The notes: a model not told the origin generated them from the letters alone. A DNA stretch of 64,000 nucleotides from an uncultured bacterium (GCA_963801165.1 CAWDDT010000006.1:448001-512000), one strand, 5' to 3'. Counted from the stretch's first letter, positions 28,747 through 39,724 are shown. Translations and numbers: made by a program.

Positions 28747-29789
28747 GCACGCGGGTCATCGTCGTCACCGGGGCGGGTGGGGTCGGCAAGACGACGCTGT
28801 CGGCGTCCCTCGCCGTGACGGCAGCTCGTGCCGGCTTACGGACCTGTGTCATCACCGTCGACCCGGCGCAGCGACTCGCCGACGCCCTCGGAATCGAGGC
28901 GCTGAGCAACCACCCCGAGACTGTCGCCGGCCAGCCACGTCTATCCGCCGCCATGCTGGACGTGACCGCGGCCTGGGAGGCAATCGTGCACAGGCACGCC
29001 GAGCCGGATGTGGCCGAGCGGCTCCTCGCCGATCCCTTCTTCCGGGCACTCGCCGACCGATTCCCCGCCGCCCAGGCTTACGCTGCAGGTGAGCAGATGG
29101 CCGACCACATCGAGTCGGGTCACTGGGACCGCCTCGTGGTCGACACGCCCCCTGCGGGAGGCGGGCTCGACTTCTACACCGCACCCCGCCGGATCCAGGA
29201 GCTCGTCGGCGGCCGGCTCCTGCGCTGGCTCACAGGTGCCAGCATCCCCGGGCGGCGGGCTCTGTACCGCGTGACGGCCCGCCCTGCCCTGCGATTGGCC
29301 GACACGATTCTCGGTGGGCCCCTGCTCGAGGAGCTCGCCGAGTTCCTGATGGATCTGCGTTCGCTCTACGACGGCCTGTCGCACCGAGCCCACACGATCG
29401 ACAATCACTTGCGACGAGCAACATCGATCGTGGTAACGACTGCGCAACCAACGCCGCTGCGGGAAGCCCGCCGCTTCTTCGAGGAGCTCGAGGACACAGC
29501 GGCGCGCCCCGGCACCGTTGTGTTCAACAAGCAGCTCCCCGACGAGTGGACCGAGTCGAAGAACCTGCGCAGCCCGGGAATCGCCCCCGAGGTGCGGGCC
29601 GCGGCGAGAGAGAACCTAAGCCGATGGGCAAGCGAGGTCAGGCTGCAGCGCGACATGAAACGGGAGTTCGCGGCACGCTACGGGCTTCATCTCGCCGACG
29701 TGCCCTGGGCAAAGGATGCGCCGACCTCAGTGGCGGCCCTCGCCGACCTGCTCATGTCCTGTCCGGAGCTGGCCGGCTACGTCACATGA
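28743..29789 (+). CDS. ArsA/Get3-related P-loop ATPase (second of pair)
   Basis: GAGGVGKTT, TVDPAQRLADALG, VVDTPP; ATGA overlap. Confidence 0.88.
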   Translation: MSTRVIVVTGAGGVGKTTLSASLAVTAARAGLRTCVITVDPAQRLADALGIEALSNHPETVAGQPRLSAAMLDVTAAWEAIVHRHAEPDVAERLLADPFFRALADRFPAAQAYAAGEQMADHIESGHWDRLVVDTPPAGGGLDFYTAPRRIQELVGGRLLRWLTGASIPGRRALYRVTARPALRLADTILGGPLLEELAEFLMDLRSLYDGLSHRAHTIDNHLRRATSIVVTTAQPTPLREARRFFEELEDTAARPGTVVFNKQLPDEWTESKNLRSPGIAPEVRAAARENLSRWASEVRLQRDMKREFAARYGLHLADVPWAKDAPTSVAALADLLMSCPELAGYVT

Positions 29790-32700
29790 CCGCGGATGGT
29801 CCCAACAACTCACGGAGCTCGGCAAAGAGCGCCGAGCGCGGTTCGACCCGATGCTCCTCACCGAGACGGATGACCTTCTCACCGCCGTCCGACGTCATGT
29901 GGAGGTAGACCGCCGCGCCCCCGGGATGGTTCTGGAGAGCGCCCCGCAACCGATCGACCATATTGCGTGACAGTCGGGACGCGGGAACCCGCAGCCGCAC
30001 CATCGCTTCCTCGCTCAACTCCGGCTCGCGCAGCTCCTGGGCGATGAACTTGACATCATCGCCCCTGTGGTCGACCCGCCCGGTGACTACCAGGATGGCG
30101 TCCTCCCGCACCAGAGGGCCGAATTCGGAGACAACCCGCGGGAAAGCAACCACCTCGGTGCTCCCCTGGAGATCCTCCAGGGAGAAGAAGAGCATCGCAT
30201 CGCCGCCTTTGGTGTAACGGCGGGTGATCGAGCCAACGATGCCGCCGACGGTGACCTTATCCTTGTCGGCGCGATCCCACAGACCCGGCACGGTGCATGT
30301 GCACATCGCCGCCAGCGTCTTCTCGACACCAAACAGCGGATGGTCCGAGACGTACAGACCGAGCATCTCCTTCTCGAAGCCCAGCTGGGTCTTCTTTGGC
30401 CACTCGTGCTCCGGAACGGTGATCTCCACATGCTCGATGACGTCGTCTCCACCGCCGAAGAGACTGTACTGGCCCATCTCCTCGGCCCGACGTCGCGAGA
30501 TCGTCGCATCGAGTATGTCGGGGTACATCTCGAAGAGACCCCGCCTGCTGCTTCCGAGGGAGTCGAACCCGCCCGCCTTGATGAGTGACTCGATCGTCCG
30601 CTTGTTGAGCACGGTCAGATCGACACGGTTCACGAAATCCCCGAACGACTCGAAGGCGCCCCCGCGCTCTCTCTCCTCGATGATCAGCTCGACGACCGAC
30701 TCACCTACATTGCGCACCGCGGACATACCGAAGGTGATGTCCCCATCCACCGCCGAGAAGTCGACGTCGGAGCGGTTTATGTCAGGAACCAGGACCTTGA
30801 TCCCCATCTGGCGGCACTCGTGGAGATACAGGGCCGTGCGGTCTTTGTCCCGTTTCACCGCGGTCAGCAGCGCCGCCATGTACTCGGCGGGATGGCGCAC
30901 CTTGAGCCAGGCCGTCTGATAGGCGACGAGAGCGTACGCCGCCGAATGCGACTTGTTGAAGCCATAGCCGGCGAAATGCTCGATGAACCCGAACAGCGAG
31001 CGAGCCTGTTCCTCGGAGGTTCCGTTGGCGACCGAGCCCTCGATGAACTTCTGCTCCTCGGCAGCCATCACCGAAGCGATCTTCTTGCCCATGGCCTTCC
31101 GCAGCCGGTCCGCCTCCGACATGGTGAACCCGGCCACCTTTCGGGCCGTCTGCATCACCTGCTCCTGAAAGACCATGATCCCATAGGTGTCGGCGAGTAT
31201 TTCTTCCAGATCCGGATGCGGGTACGTCACATCGGAGCGACCGTTCTTCCGGTCGGCATACTCGGTGTGCATGCCCGCCCCGAGCGGCCCCGGGCGGTAC
31301 AGCGCATTGAGCGCGGTGAGATGCTCGAACTTGTCCGGCTGCAGGTTGCGCATCAACGCCCGCATCGGCCCACCCTCGAACTGGAACACACCCATGGAGT
31401 CTCCGGCGCGCAGCATCTCGTAGACGGCGGGATCGTCGAGCGGTATATCGTCTATTTCGGGGCGGGTACCCGTGTTCTTCTCAATGAGCTCGAGCGCCCG
31501 CTCGATGGTCGCGAGGTTGCGCAACCCGAGGAAATCCATCTTGAGGAGACCGAGCTGCTCGACACCGTGCATCTCGTACTGGGTGACGATCTCCGCTCCC
31601 TCACCCTTCTGCTGGAGCGGAACGATGTCGGTGAGCGGGGTTGGCGCGATCACGACAGCAGCCGCATGAATCGAGTCTTGCCTGCGGAGACCCTCGAGCC
31701 CCCGAGCCGTGTCGATGACACGTTTGACGTCACCGTCCTGCGCATAGAGCTCACGGAGGCCGTGGGCACCCGTGTACCAGTCTTTCACCGTCGACGATGC
31801 TCCGCTATCCGGCTCCTCGAGACACTGCGCAAGCGTCGCCTCCTTGCCGAGAATGGCAGGTGGCATCAGCTTGGCGGCCTTGTCACCGAGACCGTAGGGG
31901 TACCCGAGCACCCGGGCCGCGTCACGGATCGCCTGGCGTCCCTTGATCGTAGAGAAGGTGATGATCTGGGCGACGTGATCCGACCCGTACCGCTCCGAGC
32001 AATACTTGATCATGTCGCCGCGGTAGCGCTCGTCGAAGTCCATGTCGATGTCGGGCATCTCCTGGCGGCCCGGGTTGAGGAACCGCTCGAAGATCAACCC
32101 GTACTCGAGAGGGTCGAGCTTGGTTATGCCGAGGCAGAACGCGACGATCGACCCGGCGGCGCTACCCCGACCCGGCCCGGTGCGGATGCCGTGCTCGGTG
32201 GCGTAGCGAATCAGGTCCCACACGATCAGGAAGTACGCGGAGAACCCCATCTCGTCGATCACCCGGAGCTCGTACTCAATGCGCTCCAGGGCTTCGCGAG
32301 GCAGCGGATCGCCGTAGCGCCGTTTTGCTCCGCCCAGCACCAACTCGGTCACATAGCTGTGCTCGGTGTGACGCTCCGGCACCGGGAATTGCGGCAACAG
32401 CATCCTGCCGAATTCGAGCTCATGGTCGACCCGCTCGGCAATCCGAACCGTGTTCGAGCATGCGTCGGGGAAGGCGTCGTCCGGGAAGAGCGCGTGCATC
32501 TCGGCGGCGCTCTTGATGTAGAACTCGCTGCCGTGGAACTTGAACCGGTCCTCGTCAGACTGGTTGGCCCCCGTCTGGATACAGAGCAGGACGTCGTGCG
32601 TGTCGGCCTCGTGAGCGTACGTGTAGTGGCTATCGTTGGACGCGACCAATGGGGCACCGATGTCTCCGGCGATCCGGACGAGATCACCGAGCACCTTCTT

Positions 32701-33291
32701 CTGAGCAGGAATGCCGTGGTCCTGGATCTCGATGAACCAGTTGTCCTTGCCGAAGATGTCCTGGTACATGCCGGCGGCGGCAACCGCGGCGTCGTAATCA
32801 CGGACCTGCCCGACGTTGCCCTCCTCGCTGGAGACATCGGGTGCCAACATCTGCGCCACGTGACCACCAAGACACCCGGACAGGGCCACGATGCCCTCAT
32901 GGTGCTCGACGAGCAGTTCCAGATCCATCCGCGGCTTGTAGTAGAAGCCTTCGAGGTACGCCCGCGACGCCAGTTTCATCAGGTTGCCGTACCCGATGTC
33001 GTTGCTCGCCAGCAATGTCATGTGATAGCGAATGTCGTCACGCCGGGGCGGACGATCGAATCGGGAGCCGGGGGTCACATACGCCTCGATCCCTATGATC
33101 GGCTTCACCCCCGCGGCACGTGCCGCCTTGGTGAAATCGACCGCGCCATACAGCACACCGTGATCTGTGATGGCCACGGCCGGCTGGTTGTCGGCGGCAA
33201 CCGCGACCACCAGATCGTCGACCCGTGCCGCGCCATCGAGCATGGAGAACTCGGTGTGGACGTGCAGGTGGGCAAACTGATCGGTGGGCAA
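29782..33291 (-). CDS. dnaE: DNA polymerase III alpha subunit
   Basis: PHP domain [46 protein letters not shown] start after GGAGA. Confidence 0.98.
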   Translation of the reverse strand: MPTDQFAHLHVHTEFSMLDGAARVDDLVVAVAADNQPAVAITDHGVLYGAVDFTKAARAAGVKPIIGIEAYVTPGSRFDRPPRRDDIRYHMTLLASNDIGYGNLMKLASRAYLEGFYYKPRMDLELLVEHHEGIVALSGCLGGHVAQMLAPDVSSEEGNVGQVRDYDAAVAAAGMYQDIFGKDNWFIEIQDHGIPAQKKVLGDLVRIAGDIGAPLVASNDSHYTYAHEADTHDVLLCIQTGANQSDEDRFKFHGSEFYIKSAAEMHALFPDDAFPDACSNTVRIAERVDHELEFGRMLLPQFPVPERHTEHSYVTELVLGGAKRRYGDPLPREALERIEYELRVIDEMGFSAYFLIVWDLIRYATEHGIRTGPGRGSAAGSIVAFCLGITKLDPLEYGLIFERFLNPGRQEMPDIDMDFDERYRGDMIKYCSERYGSDHVAQIITFSTIKGRQAIRDAARVLGYPYGLGDKAAKLMPPAILGKEATLAQCLEEPDSGASSTVKDWYTGAHGLRELYAQDGDVKRVIDTARGLEGLRRQDSIHAAAVVIAPTPLTDIVPLQQKGEGAEIVTQYEMHGVEQLGLLKMDFLGLRNLATIERALELIEKNTGTRPEIDDIPLDDPAVYEMLRAGDSMGVFQFEGGPMRALMRNLQPDKFEHLTALNALYRPGPLGAGMHTEYADRKNGRSDVTYPHPDLEEILADTYGIMVFQEQVMQTARKVAGFTMSEADRLRKAMGKKIASVMAAEEQKFIEGSVANGTSEEQARSLFGFIEHFAGYGFNKSHSAAYALVAYQTAWLKVRHPAEYMAALLTAVKRDKDRTALYLHECRQMGIKVLVPDINRSDVDFSAVDGDITFGMSAVRNVGESVVELIIEERERGGAFESFGDFVNRVDLTVLNKRTIESLIKAGGFDSLGSSRRGLFEMYPDILDATISRRRAEEMGQYSLFGGGDDVIEHVEITVPEHEWPKKTQLGFEKEMLGLYVSDHPLFGVEKTLAAMCTCTVPGLWDRADKDKVTVGGIVGSITRRYTKGGDAMLFFSLEDLQGSTEVVAFPRVVSEFGPLVREDAILVVTGRVDHRGDDVKFIAQELREPELSEEAMVRLRVPASRLSRNMVDRLRGALQNHPGGAAVYLHMTSDGGEKVIRLGEEHRVEPRSALFAELRELLGPSAVM

Positions 33292-33476
33292 GGGGTCTCC
33301 CGTTTCAGAACTACACCCATGTAAGCACGGTTGCGGGCGTCTCGCTACACCGCGAAAAGCCTCCCCGAGACCACGATTCGAACACCCGAACGAGCGGCCG
33401 CGCTTTGTTTCTGCACCATCCTCTCCCGCTACTATCTCCATACTCAGCGGCCTGCTCGATAATCGGAGGCAACAAC

Positions 33477-34625
33477 ATGCGTATCGGCATTCTCACCGGC
33501 GGTGGCGACGTACCGGGTCTCAACCCGTGCATCAAGGCCGTGGTCAACCGGGTCAGCGAGGCAGGTCACTCCGTCGTCGGTATCCGGCGCGGGTGGGGCG
33601 GTCTCCTCAACGCCAACCCGGAGGATCCGGAGAGCTGGAACGAGCACATGCTGGAGCTGACACCGCAGACCGTACGCACAGTCGACCGCTCCGGAGGCAC
33701 CTTCCTGCATACCTCGCGGACAAACCCGGGCCGGGTCAGGGTGGCCGACGTGCCCGATTTTCTCTCCGACCGCGCCGAGGGGGACGGGCCGTTCGACTTC
33801 ACCGACCACGCTCTCAAGGTCGTCGACAAGCTCGGCATCGACGTGCTCATCCCGATCGGCGGCGACGATACCCTCTCCTACGGGCTCAGGCTCCACCAGG
33901 AAGGGGTGCCGGTGATCGGCATCCCCAAGACGATGGACAACGATGTGCATGGGACCGACTACTGCATCGGGTTCTCGACGGCGGTGAGCCGGGGCGTTCA
34001 GTTCATCCACAATCTGCGCACCGCGACCGGCTCGCACGAGCGCATCGCCGTAGTCGAGCTGTTCGGCCGCTACAGCGGTGAGACCGCACTGATGACCGCA
34101 TACCTCGCGGGTGTCAAGCGAGCCCTCATCTCAGAGGTTCCCTTCAACATCGACCATCTCGCCGACCTCCTGATCGCCGACAAGGCCTCCAATCCCTCCA
34201 ACTACGCGATGGTCACCATCTCCGAAGGCGCCACGATCGAAGGTGGCGACATGGTGCTGTCCGGCAAGGAGGACGCATTCGGCCACCGCAAGCTCGGCGG
34301 CATAGGAGCTCACACCGGTGAGCTCCTCAAGGAACGCACCGGTGAGGGCATCATCTTCCAGCAGGTCGCCTACCTGATGCGCTCGGGAGCCCCCGACTCG
34401 TTGGACCTCATGGTCGCCCTCAACTATGCGGTGATGGCGGCGGACCTAGCCATGGAGGGCGCCAGCGGGCGCATGGTGGCGCTGCGAGGCGGCACCTACA
34501 CCAGCGTCCCGATCAGCGTCACCGGTGAAGGGGTCAAGCGGGTCGACGTATCCGAGCTATACGACATCGAGGGCTACCGGCCGAAGGTACGTCACGTCAC
34601 CGGCAAGCCGATGTTCCTCTATTAG
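33477..34625 (+). CDS. 6-phosphofructokinase with PPi-type signature
   Basis: [30 protein letters not shown]. Confidence 0.92.
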   Translation: MRIGILTGGGDVPGLNPCIKAVVNRVSEAGHSVVGIRRGWGGLLNANPEDPESWNEHMLELTPQTVRTVDRSGGTFLHTSRTNPGRVRVADVPDFLSDRAEGDGPFDFTDHALKVVDKLGIDVLIPIGGDDTLSYGLRLHQEGVPVIGIPKTMDNDVHGTDYCIGFSTAVSRGVQFIHNLRTATGSHERIAVVELFGRYSGETALMTAYLAGVKRALISEVPFNIDHLADLLIADKASNPSNYAMVTISEGATIEGGDMVLSGKEDAFGHRKLGGIGAHTGELLKERTGEGIIFQQVAYLMRSGAPDSLDLMVALNYAVMAADLAMEGASGRMVALRGGTYTSVPISVTGEGVKRVDVSELYDIEGYRPKVRHVTGKPMFLY

Positions 34626-34656
34626 GGATGTTCCTCTATTAGGGATGTTCCTCTAG
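34610..34656. repeat. 17-bp tandem repeat x2.7 duplicating the last codons and stop of the PFK gene
   Basis: GATGTTCCTCTATTAGG repeated; each unit encodes M-F-L-Y-stop. Confidence 0.95.
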
Positions 34657-34681
34657 TACGAGGGTGCGGCGCCGTTCGTTC

Positions 34682-35131
34682 TCAGGGCACCAACAACACC
34701 GGGCATTGTGCGTCGTGCACGATGCGGTTGGCCACCGACCCGAGCATGATTCTCTCGATCAGCCCGGCTCCCCGCCTTCCGATCACCATGACGTCGGCGT
34801 CGACCTGCTCGGCGTAGTCGAGCAGCATGCGCGCCGGGTCGCCCACGTCCTCGACCTGAACAACTTCCATCCCTTCCAGGTCCAGACTGCCGACCACCGA
34901 GTCGAGTATCTCACGCTGCGCCTCGCTGAGTGATTTACTCAGCGCCGACGGGGTAGGCGGCGACCCGACGATCCCCCACCATCCTTCGGGCGGGCGGACG
35001 ATGGTGACGAAGTGCAACACCGCGCCGTTCTTTCTTGCAAGATCGGCGCTCACCCTCGCGGCGTGGCGCGACTGATCAGAGCCGTCGATGCCCACGACAA
35101 CGTTCTGCACATCCCAATCAGGCACATCCAT
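34682..35131 (-). CDS. Universal stress protein
   Basis: VVVGIDGS, GDPA, VIGRRG, LGSVANRIVHDAQCPVLLVP; GGGAG RBS. Confidence 0.93.
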   Translation of the reverse strand: MDVPDWDVQNVVVGIDGSDQSRHAARVSADLARKNGAVLHFVTIVRPPEGWWGIVGSPPTPSALSKSLSEAQREILDSVVGSLDLEGMEVVQVEDVGDPARMLLDYAEQVDADVMVIGRRGAGLIERIMLGSVANRIVHDAQCPVLLVP

Positions 35132-35255
35132 GACGTCTCCCTTTGCGGACACTCACAACCTACCGCCGGTGCGTCGATGCGGATAGGGTCATTGCTCCTC
35201 AAAACCGGCTGCGGACGGAAGCACTAACTTGGCATCGTTCGACCAGGAGATGCTC

Positions 35256-36284
35256 ATGCCGGTAATCGGAGTCCTCACCGCCGGAGGCGACTGCCCCGGT
35301 CTCAACGCCGTCATCCGCGGCGTCACCGTCCGTGCCATCAAGAGTCACGACGCCGAGGTCGTCGGGATTCGGAATGGCTGGGAAGGTCTCATGGAGGGCG
35401 ACACGATCGCCCTCGACCGGGATGCGGTGCGCGGCATCCTCGTTCGGGGCGGCACCATCCTCGGCTCGTCGCGCATGGACCCGTTCGTCCACGGCGACGG
35501 CTACGCCAGCTGCGTCGACACCATCGAGCAGAATGGCATAGACAGCCTGGTCGTCATCGGTGGTGACGGAACGTTGCGCTCGGCGCTGCGGCTCTCCAAG
35601 GAGGGGTTGGCGGTGATCGGGGTTCCCAAGACCATCGACAACGACATCAACGGGACCGACGTCACGTTCGGTTTCGACACGGCGGTGCAAGTGGCTACGG
35701 ATGCGATTGATCGGCTGGTGAGCACCGCCGAGTCGCATAACCGAGTCATCGTGGTCGAAGTGATGGGACGCACCAAGGGATGGATCGCCACCTACGCCGG
35801 GATTGCCGGTGGCGCCGACGCCATCCTCATTCCTGAGCTCCCGTACGAACTCGCGGAGGTAGCCGAGATCATTCGCCGCCGCCACCGACACGGGCAGCGG
35901 TACACGATCGTCGTTGTCGCCGAGGGTATTCCAACACCGCCCGGATCAGCCGCGGAGGAGGTCCGCAAGGACGCCTTCGGGTTCGAACGGCTCGGAGGGG
36001 TGAGCTACCAGGTGGCACGCGAGCTCGAGGAGCTGACCGGCTTCGAGACCCGGGTGTCGGTTCTCGGCTACATCCAGCGAGGTGGCACGCCCTCTGCCTT
36101 CGACCGGGTCCTGGCAACCCGGTTCGGTGTCGCGGCCGCCGATCTCGCGGTCGCAGGCAACACCGGTGTGATGGTGGCTGCGAGGGGCTTGGAGATCGTG
36201 GCCGTGCCGATCGAGGAGGCCTGCGCAAAGATCCGGGGGGTCCCCGACGACCTGTTCGACACCGCGGCGACCTTCTTCGAGTAA
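35256..36284 (+). CDS. pfkA: ATP-dependent 6-phosphofructokinase
   Basis: LTAGGDCPGLN, GGDGT, PKTIDND, EVMGR, LGYIQRGG. Confidence 0.93.
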   Translation: MPVIGVLTAGGDCPGLNAVIRGVTVRAIKSHDAEVVGIRNGWEGLMEGDTIALDRDAVRGILVRGGTILGSSRMDPFVHGDGYASCVDTIEQNGIDSLVVIGGDGTLRSALRLSKEGLAVIGVPKTIDNDINGTDVTFGFDTAVQVATDAIDRLVSTAESHNRVIVVEVMGRTKGWIATYAGIAGGADAILIPELPYELAEVAEIIRRRHRHGQRYTIVVVAEGIPTPPGSAAEEVRKDAFGFERLGGVSYQVARELEELTGFETRVSVLGYIQRGGTPSAFDRVLATRFGVAAADLAVAGNTGVMVAARGLEIVAVPIEEACAKIRGVPDDLFDTAATFFE

Positions 36285-36370
36285 CGCTACCTTCGAGTAA
36301 CGCTACCTTCGAGTAACGCTACCTTCGAGTAACGCTACCTTCGAGTAACGCTACTTTCGAGTAGTTCTAC
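36275..36370. repeat. 16-bp tandem repeat x6 (CTTCGAGTAACGCTAC) spanning two convergent stop codons
   Basis: Five perfect copies and one degenerate. The first copy holds the pfkA TAA; the last holds the WS/DGAT stop (CTA at 36367). Confidence 0.97.
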
Positions 36371-37854
36371 GCCTCGCCGCTCTTGTTGCTTGACCCCAGC
36401 GGCGGCCGCTTTCTCGGTTTCCCCTTCGGTGGTGGCGCCGCTGCGGTGAGTGCCGCGGCGTGGAGCTCATGGAACGCGGCGTCGATCGATGCGGCGAAGG
36501 CATCGACGTTCGGAACGATGTCGAAATCGGCGTTGAATCCCCAATACAGCTGCCCCGCATAGGAAAAGAGCGCAACACCGACCCCGTGCCCGTACCAGAG
36601 CGGGACCAGGGCGTACGACTCCAACATGCGCGAGCCGAGGAGGTAGAGCGGGAATTGAGGACCGGGTACGTTCGTCACGGTCATGTTGAACGGCCTCGCT
36701 CCGGTCACCAGCCGGCTCGCCATCGACACGAGCGTCGCCGGGGCGCCCGCCGAAAGACGCACCAGGGTCGCCGCCCCGAGAGCCTGGTTCGTGTCCTTGA
36801 GGCGCTGGGTGGCTATCGTCACGGCTTCGAGCCGGCGGAGCGGGTCCGGTTCGTTCACAGGGAGGTTCACCAGCCACATGGCGACCTGATTCCCGAGCGT
36901 GCCCTGCTGGTCGTGGCTGCGCACCGAAACCGGCGCCATCGCACGGAAGTCGAGGTTGTCGAACTCGTAACCACACTCCTCGATCAGGAATCTGCGCACG
37001 CCACCGGCTACGGTCGCCAGCACCACGTCGTTGACACTTCCACCGGCGTTCGTTTTGATCTCTTTGACCATGGCGAGCGGTGTCACCAGAGTGCCGAACA
37101 ACCGGTTCGGTCCCACCTCCCCGTTGAGAGGGGTATCCGACGCTTTGGTCATCCACCCGGACGCCAGCGAGTAGCCGGCAGCTCGAACCCGGTGTAGACC
37201 GTCATTGGCAATCTCGGCGGCGTCGTCGGCGAACTGGCGGAGCGACCGTGCTGCCTTGAGCGCCCGCCCGGCGCGGCGCGCCGTCTCCCGAATCAGCAAC
37301 TCGCTGCCCGACGGCGCCGGCCGCGCCAGAAACGGCCTTGGCTCACTGATGTCTTCGCTGGGGGCGAGGTTGAGCAGCACCGCCATCAGATCCACGCCGG
37401 CGATGCCGTCGATCATGCAGTGGTGGATCTTCGAAACCAGAGCGAATCGATCGCCATCGAGACCTTCTACGACGTTGAGCTCCCAAAGCGGTTTGGACCG
37501 ATCTAATTGCTGTGAGACGATGAGCCCGACCAGGTCCTTCAGCTGCCTGGTCGATCCCGGCCGGGGGAGGCTGTAGTGGCGAACGTGGTACTCGATGTTG
37601 AAATGCTCGTCGTCGACCCACACGGGATGCTTCTCGACGGGCACCCGGGCGAGCCGCTGTCGATAACGCGGGATCAGCTCAAGCTTCGATGCGATCATCT
37701 TGCGGATCCGGTCGGTGTCGATGCCCCCGTCGCTCGTCCGGAGCGGCCCTGCGTCGAACAGGGCGATGCTGCCGACGTGCATATGCGTCGACCGCGACTC
37801 GAGAGCGAGAAACGAGTTGTCGAGATATGACAAACGCTCGTAGTAGCCGGGCAT
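36367..37854 (-). CDS. Wax ester synthase/diacylglycerol acyltransferase (WS/DGAT)
   Basis: HHxxxDG motif KIHHCMIDG, LDRSKPLWE, TNVPGP. Confidence 0.94.
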   Translation of the reverse strand: MPGYYERLSYLDNSFLALESRSTHMHVGSIALFDAGPLRTSDGGIDTDRIRKMIASKLELIPRYRQRLARVPVEKHPVWVDDEHFNIEYHVRHYSLPRPGSTRQLKDLVGLIVSQQLDRSKPLWELNVVEGLDGDRFALVSKIHHCMIDGIAGVDLMAVLLNLAPSEDISEPRPFLARPAPSGSELLIRETARRAGRALKAARSLRQFADDAAEIANDGLHRVRAAGYSLASGWMTKASDTPLNGEVGPNRLFGTLVTPLAMVKEIKTNAGGSVNDVVLATVAGGVRRFLIEECGYEFDNLDFRAMAPVSVRSHDQQGTLGNQVAMWLVNLPVNEPDPLRRLEAVTIATQRLKDTNQALGAATLVRLSAGAPATLVSMASRLVTGARPFNMTVTNVPGPQFPLYLLGSRMLESYALVPLWYGHGVGVALFSYAGQLYWGFNADFDIVPNVDAFAASIDAAFHELHAAALTAAAPPPKGKPRKRPPLGSSNKSGEA

Positions 37855-37926
37855 CGCAAACCCCCAGGTGGAACCGATCTGCGACAGACTAACCAACCCG
37901 TGCTCCACGAGGTGGAGCGAGACACC

Positions 37927-38850
37927 TCAGCGGGCGTCGTAATCGGGTGTCCCCAGTTCGGCCAGCGAGACCAGGAGGTCCTCGGGGAGACCGGACTCGA
38001 TCTCGTGGACGGTGCCGTCGGGCAGCGCAAAGCGCAGTTTCCTGGCATGTAACCACACCCGGCCGGGGTCGCCACGCCGCCTCTCGCCCGAGCCGTACGT
38101 CTGATCCCCGACGAGAACATGCTCGATCGACGAGAAGTGCACCCGGATCTGGTGGGTGCGCCCCGTCTCCAGCTGAACCTCGACGAGCGTGCAATCCGGC
38201 CACGTCGCCAACCGGCGGTAATGGGTCCGGGCGGGACGGCCGTCGTGGACAACGGCCCTCCTGGTTGGTCGAAGCGGGTCACGTCCGATCGGGGCCTCGA
38301 TCGTCCCGGTCGCCGCCGCGAGTTGTCCCGACACGAGCGCTGTGTAGATCCTGCCGATCTTGCGCTTCTTGAGCTCCTCCTGGAGAAACCGGTGTATCGC
38401 CGCGCTGCGAGCCACCAGGAGCAGACCCGACGTGTCGCGATCCAATCGGTGCACCAGACCCCAGCGGTACTCACTCCCGAGTGCTGCCAGCTCCGGGTAC
38501 CGGTACGCCAGGCCGTGCGCCAGAGTGCCTTCCTGGTTACCGGACCCGGGATGCACCACCAGCCCGGCCGGCTTGTCGATTACGAGCACGTCCGCCAACT
38601 CGGCGGCCACGGTGAAAGGCACGGGCTCCGGCACGAACATCGGCAACGTCTCCGGGATCGGATACTCGATCTCCTCGCCCGCGTGTGGCACGGTGGCCCG
38701 GTCGGCGGGCGCTCCTGCAACCAATACCCCACCCGACTCGATCGCCTGCCGCGATGCAGCCCGGCTGATGCCTGCGAGCACGGCAAGCGTGCGATCCAGC
38801 CTGACCCCGTCCAGCTCGTCGGTGACAACCACCACGACCCGCTCAGTCAT
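37927..38850 (-). CDS. rluD: RluA/RluD family pseudouridine synthase
   Basis: S4-like N-terminus, KPAGLVVHP, VHRLDRDTSG, TGRTHQIRVH. Confidence 0.92.
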   Translation of the reverse strand: MTERVVVVVTDELDGVRLDRTLAVLAGISRAASRQAIESGGVLVAGAPADRATVPHAGEEIEYPIPETLPMFVPEPVPFTVAAELADVLVIDKPAGLVVHPGSGNQEGTLAHGLAYRYPELAALGSEYRWGLVHRLDRDTSGLLLVARSAAIHRFLQEELKKRKIGRIYTALVSGQLAAATGTIEAPIGRDPLRPTRRAVVHDGRPARTHYRRLATWPDCTLVEVQLETGRTHQIRVHFSSIEHVLVGDQTYGSGERRRGDPGRVWLHARKLRFALPDGTVHEIESGLPEDLLVSLAELGTPDYDAR

Positions 38851-39337
38851 GGGTGATGCCGACCACGACCATCGTCAGCAGCAGCAACGCGACACCGATG
38901 TTCAACGAGGCATCAGCGACATTGAAGGTCGGTATGAACCACCAGTCGATCCAATCAACGACGGCCCCGTCCAGAAAGCCCGCACCGCGAAAGACGCGGT
39001 CGGACAGATTGCCCAATGCCCCGCCGAGGATGAGCCCGAGGGCCAAAACATCGACTTGCCGGCTCGATCGCGACAACACGTAGAGCAGGAAAGCGACGAC
39101 GGCGATACCCACGATCCCGATCAGCCGGCCGGAACCCGTGAAGCTTGTGAAGGCGGCTCCGGGATTCCTCGTGTAAGTCACCCGCAACCAACTCCCGATC
39201 ACGTCGGTATGGCCGCCGGCAAAGTTGTCACGAGCCCAGTTCTTGGTGAGCTGGTCGATGAGAATCACCGCGCCGGCGGTTGAGAGGGCAAGATTGTGCG
39301 CGGTCTTCTTCGACAGATGCTTGGTGATAACGGACAT
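38843..39337 (-). CDS. lspA: Signal peptidase II
   Basis: DQLTK, NPGAAF, GGALGNLSDR, VVDWI, FNVAD. Confidence 0.96.
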   Translation of the reverse strand: MSVITKHLSKKTAHNLALSTAGAVILIDQLTKNWARDNFAGGHTDVIGSWLRVTYTRNPGAAFTSFTGSGRLIGIVGIAVVAFLLYVLSRSSRQVDVLALGLILGGALGNLSDRVFRGAGFLDGAVVDWIDWWFIPTFNVADASLNIGVALLLLTMVVVGITHD

Positions 39338-39352
39338 GGCCGACCCGGCAGG

Positions 39353-39724
39353 CTAAGCCTGGTCGGCATACTCCACACGGGTAGTGGCGTACGGAAGAGC
39401 TTCGAGACGCTCAACCGGGATCGCTTTGCCGCTCACCGCACAGGTGCCGTAGGTACCATCGTCCATGCGAGCCTTGGCGGCCTGGACCTTGACGAGGATC
39501 TCTCGAGCGTTCTCGAGAACCGAGAGATCCATCTCCAGCTCGAGGGCGAGCGAGCCACCATCGGCGCTGAGCAGATCGGCGCTGTGCTCGGAGCTCGTAG
39601 AGCCCATATTCGCCTCGCTGAAGACTTTGTCGAACTCCTCGACGATCTCTACCAGGCGCGCCTCCTCCTCGTCGAGCTTGCGGCGCAGCCGCTCCACCGT
39701 CGACTTGGCTAGATCTCGCGTCAA
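39353..39724 (-). CDS. TraR/DksA family protein, single-Cys (non-C4) variant
   Basis: Coiled coil with HSAD tip and GTYGTCAVSGKAIPVERLEALPYA; TTG start after AAAGGAGG. Confidence 0.88.
   Translation of the reverse strand: MTRDLAKSTVERLRRKLDEEEARLVEIVEEFDKVFSEANMGSTSSEHSADLLSADGGSLALELEMDLSVLENAREILVKVQAAKARMDDGTYGTCAVSGKAIPVERLEALPYATTRVEYADQA

Noticed and set aside
30820-33324. 834-aa plus-strand ORF, and similar long antisense ORFs (2107..3420, 13736..15631, 46483..48135, 57052..58509)
   Set aside because: They lie antisense to well-supported genes and have no recognisable motifs; this is the expected shadow of high-GC codon bias.
33378-33393. Possible LexA box TCGAACACCCGAACGA upstream of dnaE
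   Set aside because: The right half-site has two mismatches to GTTCGA; too weak without conservation data.
36275-36370. Tandem arrays as possible CRISPR arrays (also 16034, 46041, 46359)
   Set aside because: Units are directly adjacent with no unique spacers, and there are no cas genes.
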